A stretch of 64,000 nucleotides of DNA from Isurus oxyrinchus. Taxonomy: Eukaryota. This document shows, in pieces, positions 63,474-64,000 of this stretch (position 1 is its first letter; the number at the start of each line of letters is the position of its first letter). The notes beneath the pieces are model-generated. The model searched no databases, was not told the DNA's origin, and was given only the letters and a program-made list of their open reading frames with translations. Both the position numbers and the translations under genes were made by a program. The DNA lies in assembly GCA_026770705.1 (NCBI GenBank), contig JANJGN010000012.1, positions 108,810,001 through 108,874,000 on the forward strand, written 5' to 3'.

Positions 63474-64000
63474 CGATGTAGAGGAAACCACCATTGGGGA
63501 GACCATACACAGACTGGGTGTGACTGCTTTGCAGAACACCTCCAGTCTGTCCACAAGCATGATCCAGACCTCCCGGTCACTTGCCATTTTAACAGGCTAT
63601 CCTGCTCTCATGGCCACATGTCCGTCCTTGGCCTGCTGCAATGTTCCAGTGAAGCGCAACACAAACTGGAGGAAGAGCACCTCATCTTCCGACTAAGCAT
63701 TTTACAGCCTTCCAGACTTAACATTGAGTTCAACAATTTTAGACCATGAACTCTCTCCTCCATCCTCACCCCCTTTTTTATCCCCTTTTTTTCTACATTC
63801 ATTTTTACTTTTGATCCACTTATTTTTATTTTCATTTGTATTCATTCATCCCATTGTTGTATCCCCTTTTTTATCCCCCTTCTATTCCATTTTCTATCCT
63901 TTTTTCCCCACCACTGCCCCTCCCCCATCAGATCCCCAAAACGGCCATCTGTCACTTATTCCATGGTGTTCCTTCACACAATGCCACCCTTGTTCTGCTA
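63474..64000 (+). mobile_element. Penelope-like element: GIY-YIG endonuclease C-part and 3' UTR
   Basis: IGETIHRLG then (frameshift) DCFAEHL...LPVTCHFN...HKLEEEHLIFRL...PSRLNIEFNNF; UTR similar to 35415-35480. Confidence 0.88.

Overview
AT-rich vertebrate genomic DNA, most likely a shark or other elasmobranch (inferred from the repeat families). The whole window lies inside one minus-strand gene, DEPTOR or a DEPTOR-like paralogue. Seven coding exons (56732-56910, 48565-48688, 43817-43995, 36573-36755, 33618-33758, 17466-17536, 12986-13090) have GT-AG ends and compatible phases and encode DEP1, DEP2, the linker and part of the PDZ domain. I could not find the first or last coding exon. The introns are packed with transposable elements: CR1, L2 and RTE LINE fragments, a second CR1/L2-group family with a partner tRNA-SINE, DeuSINEs, and many PIF/Harbinger elements, including one near-complete 3.85-kb copy. 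Most unusual: (1) three TSD-flanked palindromic Penelope-derived insertions carrying minimal hammerhead motifs, one a zero-spacer ~520-bp-arm palindrome; five copies in the window share a CUGUCGA core variant; (2) a young modular concatemer of a tRNA-Thr-derived Pol III unit inside a DeuSINE; (3) a twister-like RTE leader joined inverted to an RTE 3' end; (4) absence of the mammalian beta-TrCP degron in the DEPTOR linker. Most ORFs in the track are repeat-derived or chance.
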